Below, piece after piece: positions 35,894-49,293 of a stretch of DNA of 64,000 nucleotides (positions within the stretch are counted from its first letter, which is position 1; every line of letters begins with the position of its first letter). The translations under genes and the position numbers were made by a program. Origin of the DNA: Heptranchias perlo (lineage: Eukaryota); assembly GCF_035084215.1 (NCBI RefSeq), contig NC_090327.1, forward strand, positions 68,944,001 to 69,008,000, in the 5' to 3' direction. The notes below the pieces were generated by a model. That model saw only the letters and a list, made by a program, of their open reading frames with translations. It had not been told where the DNA came from and ran no database searches.

Positions 35894-37378
35894 GCGGTAA
35901 ATTTAAACCCCCAAGAACAGGTGGGTTTGGGGTGGGTGGGAGGTTAAAATAACAGCTTTTTGGAGTGGGACTGCATCCCGGCTCCAACTCGGCCATTTCT
36001 GGGTTTGACGATCCGGATTCTTTCCCCTCAGTCTGGTTCAGTAATAACTGAAGTCGAATACATTTTAAAGTCCAACACATCTTTAATAGCAGGGTTCTTA
36101 GTCTGCAGCATTGATTTGGACTCCTGATAGAGTCCCTCTATGCTGGCAGAGCAAGAACAAAAACATACAGAAATCCACACGTTTTTATACAAATCAATAG
36201 GGTTGGAACATACTTAACGAGGGTCAACACCAATTATAAGCCGGGCATAGGTTGCCATGTGAGGTTACATTATTTCCGGCCAATCATAAATCGTCCATGT
36301 GCTGATCATGCTGCTGTTAGACATCAAAGGGGATAACTTCCTCACTTTCCAACTTGGAATGTTCTTCCCTGTTCCTTCTGTTCCTTATCTCCCAACCTGG
36401 AATGTCTTTCAACTTTGGCTAAGCTCGTTACCTATATTGATCTGCCATAAACATGGAGACATTCAGACCAGTCCTTGACTCACATCAAAGACCTATCATT
36501 GATAAGACAATGCAGGCCTGCTGACTAAGCAAACATATGGCCCAGCAGGAGGGCCAGGCCACTTGTATCAATCTCAGTTACTAACTAATTAACCCTTTCT
36601 AACCATTTTGCATTCTGCTTCTTTGCCACGTGGGCATTTTAATATTTTACCGAAAACTGACCACGTAGGGATTCTCAGGTTTAATCCAGGCAGGTTTGTC
36701 TGTGTGTGAACAGCAGATACCAGGAAGTCCCACCCCACTTAAAGCCGGCGGGGCGATACTTAAAAGGGGCGATGTACCTCATTGAAATAAACTGAGGTAC
36801 TTAATATTTTGTGTATTGGAATAATAAAATGAATTTAACCTTGCCTGTTCAGGTTTCCCATCGCTTCCCATTCACGTCACGTGAAAGCAGGCGGGAAAGG
36901 CCAGATCCACGAGGTGAGTGCTTTTATTGCACTGCTTGTGGGCCTGGAGGAGCAGGAGTGTTTCATCCAGGCCCAACAAGTTCACCTGGCTGATAGGTCC
37001 CCTGCGATCGGCCACCCACCCCCCCAACCCGATGGTGGACCCCCCTCCCCCACCTATCTCTGACTCTTCACCCAACCTCCAGCGACCGCCGATCTCCAAG
37101 TCCCGGCTTATGACCTTCTCCTCGGCCCATGATCCTTCCCTTCTCCCTTCCTCCCTCCGATCACCGGTTGCAGCCTGCTACAGCAGGCTTTCCTGTCCAA
37201 CAGTCAGCCAGCCTGTCAATCAGGCTGGCTGCTGGGCGCAAAACCTGAAATTTATTGGCCCCATTAAGGTCACGATCACGGATCACAGACGCGCCCACAT
37301 ACCTTCCGGGTGTCGCACCTGAAAACATTCCACCCCCCCACCCCGCTCCCTTCCCGGCTCCATGCTAAAATTTACCCC
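35894..37378. mobile_element. Harbinger-type MITE (same family as 12770-13798, inverted), split by an LTR
   Basis: TIRs GCGGTAAATTT / AAATTTACCCC, flanks ATG/TTG; core GGGCCTGGAGGAGCAGGAGTG. Confidence 0.8.
36006..36677 (-). mobile_element. Solo LTR (672 bp)
   Basis: TG...CA ends with imperfect inverted termini TGACGATCC / GGATTCTCA and 4-bp TSD GGTT. On the minus strand TATAAAAA (about 36182-36189) precedes ATTAAA (about 36082-36087). Confidence 0.8.
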
Positions 37379-37775
37379 TTGGCCTCAGTGCTTTAGTGTC
37401 CATATCGGAAAATTCGCACTGTAATGTTTAACTCAACCATTTCTCCTAAGCACTCAGAAACTACTTCCTCATTTACTTCATATTTTAAACAACCGCTCAA
37501 GACACTTGTATATTCTTGTTAATATTTGTTATTTTACTGTTGATGTCAGGCCCTTCTACTCTGAATACTGAGCTAGTTACTTTTTCTTTTTTTCTTTGCA
37601 ATGGAGAAGCTGAGAGTGGGTATTTTATTGTCAACTTATTACATTTCAGAGCTCTGTGGTTTCAATTTTGAATACCGACAAAGGCTTTGGTAGATCGAGA
37701 AAATATTAGTTTGTTGTCTCTCAACCGGTTTTGGGTGGAAGGGTTTGCTGTGGTTTACCTGATTACCTACATATA

Positions 37776-38830
37776 GGGCTCGATTTTGGAATGAAGTAGC
37801 GGGTACGTTGTGGAGGGGGGGGGGGGGGGTTTGAAAATCGGGGAAATTCTGAGTGGGTTCGGAACCCGGCTCCATCCCACAGACTTCCGGGTTCCCCACT
37901 GATGCGTCTGGATGCGCGTGTGACTCACGAATGCGGAAGTCCCACTGGCAATTAAAGCCGGTGGGATGACAGTTAAGCGTTATTTAGATACTTGAAGTAC
38001 TTAATTTTGTCCACATTAAGGGAGGGGTTCGATTTTCAAACATCCTCAGCGTGTTTCCCGTGCTGTGGGAAACACTCCATGTTCTATCAGACGTGTTTCA
38101 GCCAGCAGCCAGTTGGACATTCAAATGCTTGTTTGACAGATGGGGATAAAGGGTGAGTTATTGCATCAGGGCACTCAGTTCTTTCAGACAAATTTTTGGC
38201 TGGGAGATCTTTATGTTTTCACTGAAAATTCTTATTTTCCACTCACAATTCTATTGTTCACACATATTTACCAACTTTTCGGACCCCCTCAAACTGACAG
38301 CATCAGAATCAGCTGCATTCACCCTTACATCCGAGGACGAGTAACATCATCAGCCTCGCCACCCCACCCTGCACAAAACAGTCCTTCCTGCAAATACACA
38401 TACACCCACTGTAAAGTGACCCGATGGGTGACATCAAGTGTCGCTGTTTATGGTGAAGCTCATAAAAGGGCCCTATTACAAAAGCCAGTCAAGAATGGGC
38501 AAGACGTGGCAGTAGTGGTGAGAATGATAACATTTAACGTGACTTTAACAAAAAACAAATATAAATGAGAAACATGACAGTCTGTCAGGCACCATTGTGC
38601 ATACCCTTCGTGATCACAAATCCTTAGCCTTTCTCTTCCTACTGCTTCTACGTGGTGCTTCTCCTGTGGCTGCAGCAGAGGTAGTGGCAGATTGCTCTTA
38701 TTCATGCCCTGACTGCTTAGATGCTTTCGGTCTACGGGTTTTGGAGCCCGTGAGGGCCCCTCCAAAGACTGCTCCACCTACACCTGTGCAGGGGCATACT
38801 CGGCCACCTGGAGAGGAGGCAGCCCCTGGG
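37776..38830. mobile_element. Harbinger fragment (TIR plus Myb gene 3' end on minus strand)
   Basis: GGGCTCGATTTT TIR as at 7094; EQSLEGPSRAPKP and the 3' UTR match 21617-21930. Confidence 0.85.
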
Positions 38831-39871
38831 TCAGCTGAGGAAGATGAAATCTTCTTTGACTTTTCAAATCATGCAGCTGGAGAGTTGAATCGATCAATTT
38901 GCGTTTGATTAATTTCCATTCATGGGATTTAAAATTTAACTCCTCCCCTCCACCGCCCACAGCAGTGCCGCAGAGACACAGAGGTGTTCCTTCTGCCCAG
39001 TATTCTTGTCATCTGCGTGTAATTGCAATCCGTTTGCTTATATTTGGGCGGATGTATAGTATTCCCAACATCACTACCACAGAAGTGCCGAGAGCAAGTG
39101 GGGAGCCAGCGGAGCAGCTCCTGAAGAATTTTCCACCAAATTATTTACACTGGGAGAGAGGTGGGGGAGGGGGGGTAGCTGCAAAACATGAGCAGAAAAT
39201 AGTGCCCAATAATACATTTGCTTTACTGGACTGCTATGGGACCTATGATTACTTCATCCAAGGGGAAATAAGATGGAGCAAGTTTTCATCTTCAGTGTTT
39301 CCGATGCAGAGCTTCGCATACCTGGAGCACATATCAGGAAATCGGGCGTTTCCTTCCCCCCTCATGCTTTTCCAACACTGAAGATGAAAATTTGTCCCAA
39401 AAGACTTCAATCATGGGCTTTCTTACTACAGTTTTTTTCTTTCCCCCTTCAATTTTTTTCTCTCTCTTTCATGAAGGTGTTGATTCATGATGGCATGTGT
39501 TTCAATGGGTCCTGCCCATCTCAAATGGCCATTCTTCATATATGAGCCTAAACAACGATTATTGGGAGGCTGTTTGACTGTGAAAGACAACACAGTTGAG
39601 CCTGATCCATCCCTTACCTTATCCAGTATCCACATTTATACATTTTCCAACAGGAATGCAGGAACCGTGGCTGATTTATTCCCCTTGTTTCCAGAAATGC
39701 TGACATCAGGTATATTGCCCCAGCTTTTTAGATGTTATAAGTATGGTAGCTTCATATAGGTTTTAGAATAAAAGAAAGCCTTATTTTATAGGTAAACTTG
39801 GGAATCAAAATAATTTTTCAAAAAACTATCAATAAACTAAAATGCTTTGAATATAAAACTGTACATGGATC

Positions 39872-41985
39872 TTTTTTTTTATTCGTTCATGGGATGTGGG
39901 CTTCGCTGGCAAGGCCAGCATTTATTGCCCATCCCTAATTGCCCTTGCGAAGGTGGTGGTGAGCCACCTTCTTGAACAGCTGCAGTCCGTATGGTGAAGG
40001 TTCTCCCACAGTGCTGTAAGGAAGGGAGTTCCAGGATTTTGACCCAGCGACGATGAAGGAACGGCGATATATTTCCAAGTCGGGACAGTGTGTGACTTGG
40101 AGGGGAATGTGCAGGTGGTGTTGTTCCCATGTGCCTGCTGCCCTTGTCCTTCTAAGTGGTAGAGGTCGCAGGTTTGGGAGGTGCTGTCGAAGAAGCCTTG
40201 GCGAGTTGCTGCAGTGCATCCTGTGGATGGTACACACTGCAGCCACAGTGCGCCGGTGGTGAAGGGAGTGAATGTTTAGGGTAGTGGATGGGGTGCCAAT
40301 CAAGCGGGCTGCTTTGTCCTGGATGGTGTCGAGCTTCTTGAGTGTTGTTGGAGCTGCACTCATCCAAGCAAGTGGAGAGTATTCCATCACACTCCTGACT
40401 TGTGCCTTGTAAATGGTGGAAAGGCTTTGGGGAGTCAGGAGGTGAGTCACTCGCCACAGAATACCCAGCCTCTGACCTGCTCTCGTAGCCATACTATTTA
40501 TGTGGCTAGTCCAGTTAAGTTTCTGGTCAATGGTGACACCCAGGATGTTGATGGTGGGGGATTCGGCAATGGTAATGTCGTTGAATGTCAAGGGGAGGTG
40601 GTTAGACTCTCTCTTGTTGGAGATGGTCATTGCCTGCCACTTGTCTGGCGCGAATGTTACTTGCCACTTATCAGCCCAAGCCTGGATGTTGTCCAGGTCT
40701 TGCTGCATGCGGGCACGAACTGGTTCATTACCTGAGGGGTTGCGAATGGAACTGAACATTGTGCAATCATCAGCGAACATCCCCATTTCTGAACTTATGA
40801 TGGAGGGAAGGTCATTGATGAAGCAGCTGAAGATGGTTGGGTCTGGGACACTGCACTGAGGAACTCCTGCAGCAATGTCCTGGGGCTGAGATGACTGGCC
40901 TCTGACAACCACTACCATCTTCCTTTGTGCTAGGTATGACTCCAGCCACTGGAGAGTTTTCCCCCCATTCACATCAATTTTACTAGGGCTCCTTGGTGTC
41001 ACAATCGGTCAAATGCTGCCTTGTTGTGAAGAGCAGTCACTCTCACCTCACCTCTGGAATTCAGCTCTTTTGTCAATGTTTGGACCAAGGCTGTAATGAG
41101 GTCTGGAGCCAAGTGTCCCTGGCGGAACCCAAAGTGAGCATCGGTGAGCAGGTTATTGGTGAGTAAGTGCCGCTTGATAGCACTGTCGACGACACCTTCG
41201 ATCACTTTGCTGATGATTGAGAGTAGACTGATGGGGCGGTAATTGGCCGGATTGGATTTGTCCTGCTTTTTGTGGACAGGACATACCTGGGCAATTTTCC
41301 ACATTGTCGGGTAGATGCCAGTGTTGTAGCTGTACTGGAACAGCTTGGCTAGAGGTGCGGCTAGTTCTGGGGCACAAGACTTTAGCACTACAGCCGGCAT
41401 GTTGTCGGGCCCATAGCCTTTGCTGTATCCAGTGCACTCAGCCGTTTCTTGATATCACGTGGAGTGAATTGAATTGGCTGAAGTCTGGTTTCTGTGTTGG
41501 TGGGGATATTGGGAGGAGGCCGAGTTGGATCATCCACTCGGCACTTCTGGCTGAAGATGGTTGCAAACGCTTCAGTCTTGTCTTTTGCACTCACGTGCTG
41601 GACTCCGCCATCATTGAGGATGGGGATGTTTGAAGAGCCTCCTCCTCCCGTTAGTTGTTTAATTGTCCACCACCATTCACGACTGGATGTGGCAGGACTG
41701 CAGAGCTTTGATCTGATCCGTTGGTTGTGGAATCGCTTAGCTCTGTCTATAGCATGTTGCTTCCGCTGTTTAGCATGCATGTAGTCCTGAGTTGTAGCTT
41801 CACCAGGTTGGCATCTCATTTTTAGGTACGCCTGGTGCTGCTCCTGGTATGCTCTTCTACACTCCTCATTGAACCAGGGTTGATCCCCTGGCTTGTTGGT
41901 AATGGTAGAGTGAGGAATATGCCGGGCCATGAGGTTACAGATTGTGCTGGAATACAATTCTGCTGCTGCTGATGGCCCACAGCGA
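39872..41985 (-). mobile_element. LINE-B (CR1-group) 5'-truncated copy with complete 3' end
   Basis: NYRPISLLS, GFRQG, GVPQCSV, FINDL, MFADD RT motifs across ORFs 41388..42026, 40999..41400 and 39935..41002; A-rich tail at 39872-39880. Confidence 0.95.
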
Positions 41986-42261
41986 TAGAAAAGAGGATAA
42001 GACATGGACAATTTTGCATTAAACATTTAACTGTGATCATGTCACAAAATATTTTAAAAGGGCCAGTTTTTTCTTGAAATATTGCACAATGCTATGAGAA
42101 TGTGTTAGCTAATGCTGAACTCAAGTAATGAGTGGCTACAGGCACAGTAGTGTCTTCAGTCAAGATCAAAGACATTTTCATCAAGCATATTTATAGTCAG
42201 AATTCCTCTGTCAGGGAGTGGAATGTGGCTCAGGAGTTAAGTATGAGTGGGATGAGTCATG

Positions 42262-43285
42262 GGCCTCGAAATTTACGGGGAGGCAGGGAGGGAACGAAGT
42301 TGGGGGGGGGTGGTGGGGCGGGGAGGTTGTAGTGGAAATGTGGGTAACCCAGAGGTCCTGCCAAATTTTACGGCAGGACCTCGTTTAAATTTTTTGTCTC
42401 TGTTTCCTGGCTGGCAGTCAGCCAGATTGAGAGGCTGACTGGCTGCCGTACAGGAAGTCCTGTGGCACCAGGCCGCTGTGAGGGAGGGAGGGTGAGATCG
42501 GAGGTTGGGGGGAGAACGGAAAGGCCTTGGAGAGGTCAGAAAGGCCGGGGGTCGGGGGGGAGATCGGAAAGGCCTTGGAGAGGTCAGAAAGGCCGGGATT
42601 GCGGGGGGGGAGAACTGAGGTAGGGGGTAGATCGTGAAGCCGGGTGGAGATTGAAAAGACCTTGGTGAGATCGGAGGCCTTGGGAAGATCGGAGGTCAGG
42701 GAGAGATCGGAGGTCAGGGGGAGATCGTGGAGGCCGGAGGGGGTGGGGTGATCCGAAAGGCCTTGGAGAGATTGGAGGTTGGGGGAGATCGGAAAGGCCA
42801 GAGGGGTGGGGTGGGGGAGATTGTAAAGGCCTTGGGGAGATTGGAGGCTTTGGGGAGATCAGAGGGAGATCGGAAGTCGGGGGTGGGTAGACATCGGATC
42901 ACGGGGGGGACGGGGGACGGGGTCCAATCACAGGGAGGGAAGCAGGTTTGCGTGGTAGGCCGGGGGGGGGTGGTGCGGGGAATCACTCCTGCTCCTCCTG
43001 GCCCACAAGCAGTGCTGGAAAAGCCGTTCCTGCCCTCCTCCAGCTGCGGGCTTCCCGAGGCCTGGGAAACCCGGCCTGCAGGCAATAAATCTAAAAGCCT
43101 GCTAAAATTTGAGGGACGCAGCCTCATTAAAATATTTAAATTACAGACCCGCCTCTGGAGAGCCCCGTCCCCCAACCCACCTCCGTTAAAACCGGAAGTG
43201 GGCGCATTGGAGGCAGGTTGGGGTCAGGTTTCCCATTTAAAAAATTTGAACCTACCCACCCACGGTGGGGGGTTAGAATTCCCCC
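42262..43285. mobile_element. Harbinger-type MITE with G-rich minisatellite (42480-42900)
   Basis: Homologous to 12770-13798; ends GGCCTCGAAATTT / GAATTCCCCC, TSD ATG; units GGGAGATCGGAAAGGCCTT. Confidence 0.8.
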
Positions 43286-43357
43286 ATGGAGTGTGTTTGG
43301 GGTAACCTTTAAGGATTGTCATATTATTATTGCAAATTTGAAAAGGAAGAAGACTTT

Positions 43358-43859
43358 GGCTGGGAAATTATTCTCACCCTGAAAACCAGCACAAAATGGG
43401 TGGCGTGCCTGCAACGCAAGCCCAAAGATGAAGGCCCGAGGCTTGCTGCAAATCGGGCCTCAGGCTTCATCAGCATAACACGGAGCTGCGGACGCCAATC
43501 GGGAGTCCTCTTGCAGCTCGCCAGTTGGGGCCTTCACATAATTGGCCGGTTTAGCCTCCAAGTCCAGGAGGAAGGCAATCTCCTCCTGGTTCCTCATTGA
43601 GATCAGAAAAAATAAAGAAACTTACCCGATCTTCTCCCTTTAAGGACCGGTGGTTAGGCGTGACCTGGGAAAACTGCGCATGCTCCACCCAGTTACTGGC
43701 AAATTTGGCAGTGTGGCCCCTAATTATCATATTTAAAAGGGCCTAACGCCAGTTTTAGGCAGGCACTCTGGGCACTCGGATGTCACCGACTGTGAAGTCG
43801 GCAGCTGGTGCACTTCCAGAGGACATTGGGCGCTGCAGATCATCGCCGGAAATTGGCCC
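43358..43859. mobile_element. MITE
   Basis: Ends GGCTGGGAAATT / GGAAATTGGCCC; CpG-rich. Confidence 0.45.
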
Positions 43860-44197
43860 TCCTACAAGAATTTTGCGCCCAAAAACAGGCGCAACAGGGA
43901 CCAATATCTCCTTGCTTGACATTGGATGGCCGACCATAGACAAGAGGTGTTGGCCAGTGGCTTTCCATACAGAAAGGTTGGTGTTTGTCAGTAATGTACA
44001 CGAAATGCTTCACAGTGTTAGACAGAGCTGAGAAGTTCCACTGGGAAATTCTTACTTTCCAGCTTTAGTGAACTCCAAAGGTAAACAATCTGCCAGTGTG
44101 TGTCTCTCTCCATCTTTGGTTTTAGGTGCTTCTGGCTCTGCTTTCCTACTGCTTCCAACCCATTGTGTCTAACTTCACCTTGTATGCATTTCCTATA

Positions 44198-44392
44198 GAT
44201 CAGCGATGATCTTACTGAATGGCGGAGCAGGCTCGAGGGGCTGAATGGCCTAATCCTGCTCCTATTTCTTATGTTCTTATGTACATTACAACAGTGACTA
44301 CACTTCAAAAAGTACCTAATTGGCTATAATGTGCTTTGGGGTGTCTTGAGGTTGTGAATGGGGCCACATAAATGCGAGTTCTTTGTTTCTTT
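44198..44392 (+). mobile_element. CR1 3' tail abutting a DeuSINE 3' tail
   Basis: GATCAGCGATGATC..TTATGTTCTTATG, then TACATTACAACAGTGACTACACTTCAAAAAGTAC..TAAATGCGAGTTCTTT. Confidence 0.8.
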
Positions 44393-45882
44393 AAGACTTA
44401 TTTATTATTGTTTTAGAAAGAATCCCTCTGGTTAAAATTTAAGGCCTAGAAATTCCAAGCAGCCAGCTGCATCGCTTTTATGCGATAGAAAATGAGTTGT
44501 AGCCACTGATGGTCTGGAGAGGTACTTCTATGATAATTTTGTGGATCAGCTTATTTGGACATTTATTGGCGTAAAACTCATGTAAAATGGGAGTAATTCA
44601 CTAGGGCACATGGAGATTAGAGTACAGATTTTAAAAAAACAGTTCTGGCTGAAGGTTGCAAGCAGGTTGGAGGAGCAGCAGGTAAATAAGGAACAGTGCT
44701 TGGCTCAGTCAGTTGACAGTCAGCTAATGTGACTGCATGTCTCATGAATGTTTTGTACCACTTTACAAGAATGTCTAACACAGGAGAACCTGGCAAAGGC
44801 AGCCAAAGACATGACAAGAGCACGACACAGGGGCAGAGAAAAAGATGCCACAATGTCCTGGATGAAATAAAACACAGGAGAGAGAATGTGGGGTGACCAT
44901 GGCAGGAAACCTGCCAGAAACGTCACTATTGCCATGTGGAGGTAGATGGCACTGACATTGAGTGCCAGCTCTGTCACCTCCACGACTGTAGACCAGTGCC
45001 CCAGAAAGTTCAATGATGGAGCAGGGCAGGCAAATTAACACATCAGCCACTCTCCCCTTTCTTTTTTGGACACCCGAGGCACCAGCACACTTTTCACCCT
45101 CTAAAAGTAACAGCGGCACACAATATACTCTGGTCAAGGGGGGCACTAACTCAGCCCACCTCCCTTCACAGCAATTACTTACATGCACAACCCTAAAACC
45201 CCATCCTCCACTTCACTTTAATAGTGTAGTACCACCACTCTCTTACTTTAGCTTCCCACTCCTCAATTGCTAGCCGTCCTCTCATTTACTTGATCTTATT
45301 GTAAGAGAAAATGGCGCACAATGCTTGTGAGCGGTAGGCCATCCTGAAATGCATCATGCCCTATGAGGTGATGGCCACGAAGCTCATAAAGAGACACACT
45401 GCTTTTGTGGGACATGGTGAGGTTGGGGCCATAATGCCAGTGCCAGATTAGACCTACACAGTCACTGTGGCATCCCTGTAAAGCACAGCCACAAGCTTCC
45501 ACCCCCTTCTCTATCTCCTTAATGTTCACCCATTCATAGCCTGTACCCTCTTTTCCTGCTGATTCATCAGAGCAACAGAGGGCACAGGAATAGGAAGGGG
45601 AGAAAGAGGAGGAGAAGGAATAAAAAACAACTACTTCCTTGTGAACGACAATGATGAAGAAGACAGGGAGGATGATGAAGAAAAGGGATGAAACCCACCC
45701 ACAAGACCCTGCAGAGACTTCCGGTACTGTGATCCTTTGCCCCAAAGCCCCTTGAACTCATCTCCTGGGTCTCTTGCTTCTTCACTCCCACACACCAGCT
45801 CAGATACTTATACTCAGGAGGGTGGAGGGGGGCAGAAATTAGATAGTAAGGTAGTGACACCGGTGATTCAGCTCACACAGCC

Positions 45883-48490
45883 GTGAGGAGTGATGATATG
45901 TTAGAAGGATCATCAAATGAGGTCATATGGGTTGAGCTAAGGAACAGAAAATGGGCAGTCACACTACTGGGAGTGTACTATAGACCCTCAAACAGTCAGA
46001 GGGAGATAGAAGAACAAATATGTAGGGAAATTTCTGAGAAGTGCAAAAACAATAGGGCAGTAATAGTAGGGGATTTCAACTACCCTAATATTAACTGGGA
46101 CACAGTGTGAAGGGTATAGAGGGCACAAAATTCCTAAATTGCATTCAGGAGAACTTTTTTAGCCAGTATGTAGCAAGCCTAACAAGAGAAGATTTAGTTT
46201 TAGGAAATGAGGCTGGGCAGGTGGAAGGAGTAGGAGAGCATTTTGGTGGTAGTGATCATAATTCAGTTAGTTTTAGCATAATTATGGAAAAGGACGAAAA
46301 TAGAACAGGAGTTAAAGTTCTCAATTGGGGAAAGGCCAATTTTACTAAGCTAAGAAGTGATTTAGCAAAAGTGGACTGGAAACAGCTGCTTGAAGGTAAA
46401 TCAATGTCAGAGCAGTGGGAGGCATTCAAGGGGGAGATTTAAGGGGTGCAGAGCAAACATGTTCCTACAAAGAAAAAGGGTGAAGCTGCCAAATCCAGAG
46501 CCCCCTGGATGTCAAGGAGCATGCAGGATAAGATAAGGCAAAAAAGGGAAGATTATGTCAGACACTGAGAACTAAATACTACAGAAAGCCTAGAGTATAA
46601 AAAGTGCAGGGGTGAAATTAAAAAGGAAATTAGGAAAGCAAAGAAAGGGCATGAAAAAATATTGGTAAGTAAAATCAAGGAAAACCCAAAGATATTTTAT
46701 AAATACATTAAGAGCAAGAGGATCACTAAGGAAAGAGTAGGGTCTATTAGAGACCAAAAAGATAACCTATATACGGAGGCGGAAGATGTTGGTATGGTTC
46801 TTAATGAATACTTTGCGTCTGTCTTCACAAAAGAGAGAGACGATGCAGACATTGTAGTTAAGGAGGAGTAGTATGAAATATTGAATGGGATAAAGTTAGT
46901 GAGAGAGGAAGTATTAAGGGGATTAGTATCTTTGAAAGTACCAGGGCCGGATGAAATATATCCCAGGCTGTTAAAAGAAGCAGGGGAGGAAATAGCAGAG
47001 GCTCTGACCATCATTTTCCAAACCTCCCTGGATACAGGTGTGGTGCCGGAGGATTGGAGGACTGCTACCCTTGTGCCGTTGTTTAAAAAGGGAGCGATGG
47101 ATAGACTGAGTAATTAAGGCCAGTCAGTCTAGCCTTGGTGGTGGGCAAATTATTGGAATCAATTCAGAGGGACAGAATAAACCGTCACTTAGAAAAGCAC
47201 GGATTGATCAAGGACAGTCAGCATGGATTTGTTAAGGGAAGGTCGTGTCTGACTAACTTGATTGAATTTTTTGAGGAGGTGACAAGGGGGGTTGATGAGG
47301 GTAGTGCATTTGATGTAGTCTACATGGATTTTAGCAAGGGTTTGACAAGGTCCCACATGGCAGACTGGTCAAAAAAGTACAAGCCCATGGCATCCAAGGG
47401 AGAGTGGCAAGTTGGATCCAAAATTGGCTCAGTGGCAGGAAACAAAGAGTAATAACTGGAAGGCTGTTTCCAGTGGGGTTCCGCAAGGCTCAGTACCAGG
47501 TCCCTTGCTTTTTGTGATATATATTAATGATTTGGACTTAAATGTAGGGGGCATGATTAAGAAGTTTGCAAATTATACAAAAATTGGCTGTGTGGTTGAT
47601 AGTGAGGAGGAAAGCTGTAGACTGCAGGAAGATATCAATGGATTGGTCAGGTGGGCAGATAAGTGGCAAATGGAATTCAATCCGGAGAAGTGTGAGGTAA
47701 TGCATTTGGGGAGGGCAAATAAGGCAAGAGAGTACACAATAAATGGGAGGATACTGAGAGGTGTAGAGGAAGTAAGGGACTTGAAGTGCAAGTCCACAGA
47801 TCCCTGAAGGTATCAGGGCAGGTAGATAAGGTGGTTAAGAAGGCATATGGAATGCTTTCCTTTATTAGCCGAGGCATAGAATATAAGAGCAGGGAGGTTA
47901 TGCTGGAACTGTATAAAACACTAGTTAGGCCACAGCTTGAGTACTGTGTATAGTTCTGGTCACCACATTACAGGAAGGATGTAATTGCACTAGAGAGGGT
48001 ACAGAGGAGATTTACGAGGATGTTGCCAGGACTGGAGAATTTTAGCTATGAGAAAAGATTGGATAGGCTGGGGTTGTTCTCTTCAGAACAGAGGAGGCTG
48101 AGGGGTGATTTAATTGAGGTATATAAAATTATGAGGGGCCTAGATAGAGTGGATGGGAAGGACCTATTTCCCTTAGCAGAGAGGTCAATAACCAGGGGGC
48201 ATAGATTTAAAGTGATTGGTAGAAGGATTAGAGGGGAGCTGAGGAGAAATGTTTTCACCCAGAGGGTGGTAGGGATCTGGAACTCACTGCCTGAAAGGGT
48301 GATAGAGGCAGAAACCCTCAACTCATTTAAAAAGTACCTGGATGTGCACCTGAAGTGCCGTAACCTACAAGGCTATGGACTAAGTGCAGGAAAGTGGGAT
48401 TAAACTGGGTGGCTCATTTTCGGCCTGCGCGGACACGTTGGGCTGAATGGCCTCCTTCAGTGCCGTAAACTTCCTATGATTCTATGATTC
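45883..48490 (+). mobile_element. Long CR1 ORF2 (EN C-terminal half, RT and 3' tail), multiple frameshifts
   Basis: GVYYRP, VGDFNYP, SDHN, PGPDEIYPRLLK, QHGFVKGRSCLTNL, GVPQGSV; tail (CTATGATT)n. Confidence 0.96.
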
Positions 48491-49047
48491 ACAGAGCACG
48501 AGGGGGCTGGAGGAGTGGCGATTCGGTGAGGATGTGCCACCTTCCCAGTGGAGACTGAGGACAAATCTGTGCTTGGCTTTGGAGTCGTGGGACCCAGAAG
48601 TTATGGTTATTAGCCTGTAAAGAAGGATGTTCAGGAAAGATCATACCTACTTGCAGACTCTGAGGTCAGTCTCCGAGGACGAGCAGCAACTGACAAGCGT
48701 GACTCTTGAGTCTATAGCTCTCATTTGCAGCACCATCGGGGAAGCTTTTTGTTATGTGTAGACAACAATGGGCCATGTGGCAGCTTTACTGGAATATAAG
48801 AAGTGATCAGGGACCAGTTGACTCCTCCACCTCCACGGAGGCACAGGCTACAGCTCTGGTGGCAGTCGGGCAATAGGCAGCACCCTGCGTACCGGCTTCC
48901 AGACATGGAGGCTGCAATGTTTGCTACTGTCTCTAAGGGCTTTCAGGATCTGATAGCTACCATTAGACAAGCCAGCCTACTGATTAGTGGGGACACAGAT
49001 CCGGAGCCTAGTGGAACAGCGACGGCTGGAGTCAGCCTCCGTGATTA

Positions 49048-49293
49048 CAACAATAACAACAACTTGCATTGAAATAGTGGCTTTAACGTAGTAAAACGTC
49101 CCAATGCTTCACAGGACCAGTATCAAACAAGCCACATAAGGAGATGTTAGGACAGGCGACCAAAAGCTTGGTCAAAGAGATAGGTTTTAAGGAGTGTCTT
49201 AAAGGAGGAGAAAGAGGTGGAGAGGCAGAAAGGTTTAGGCAGTGAATTCCAGAGCCTAGGGCCTAGGCAGCTGAAGGCACGGCTGCCAATGGT
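49048..49293 (-). mobile_element. L2 3' end
   Basis: (AAC)n tail and GACCAAAAGCTTGGTCAAAGAG..CAGCTGAAGGCACGG as in 46-175. Confidence 0.88.

Noticed and set aside
40053-41784. Plus-strand ORFs over LINE-B (and similar antisense ORFs over CR1 copies)
   Set aside because: They are antisense shadows of the RT ORF.
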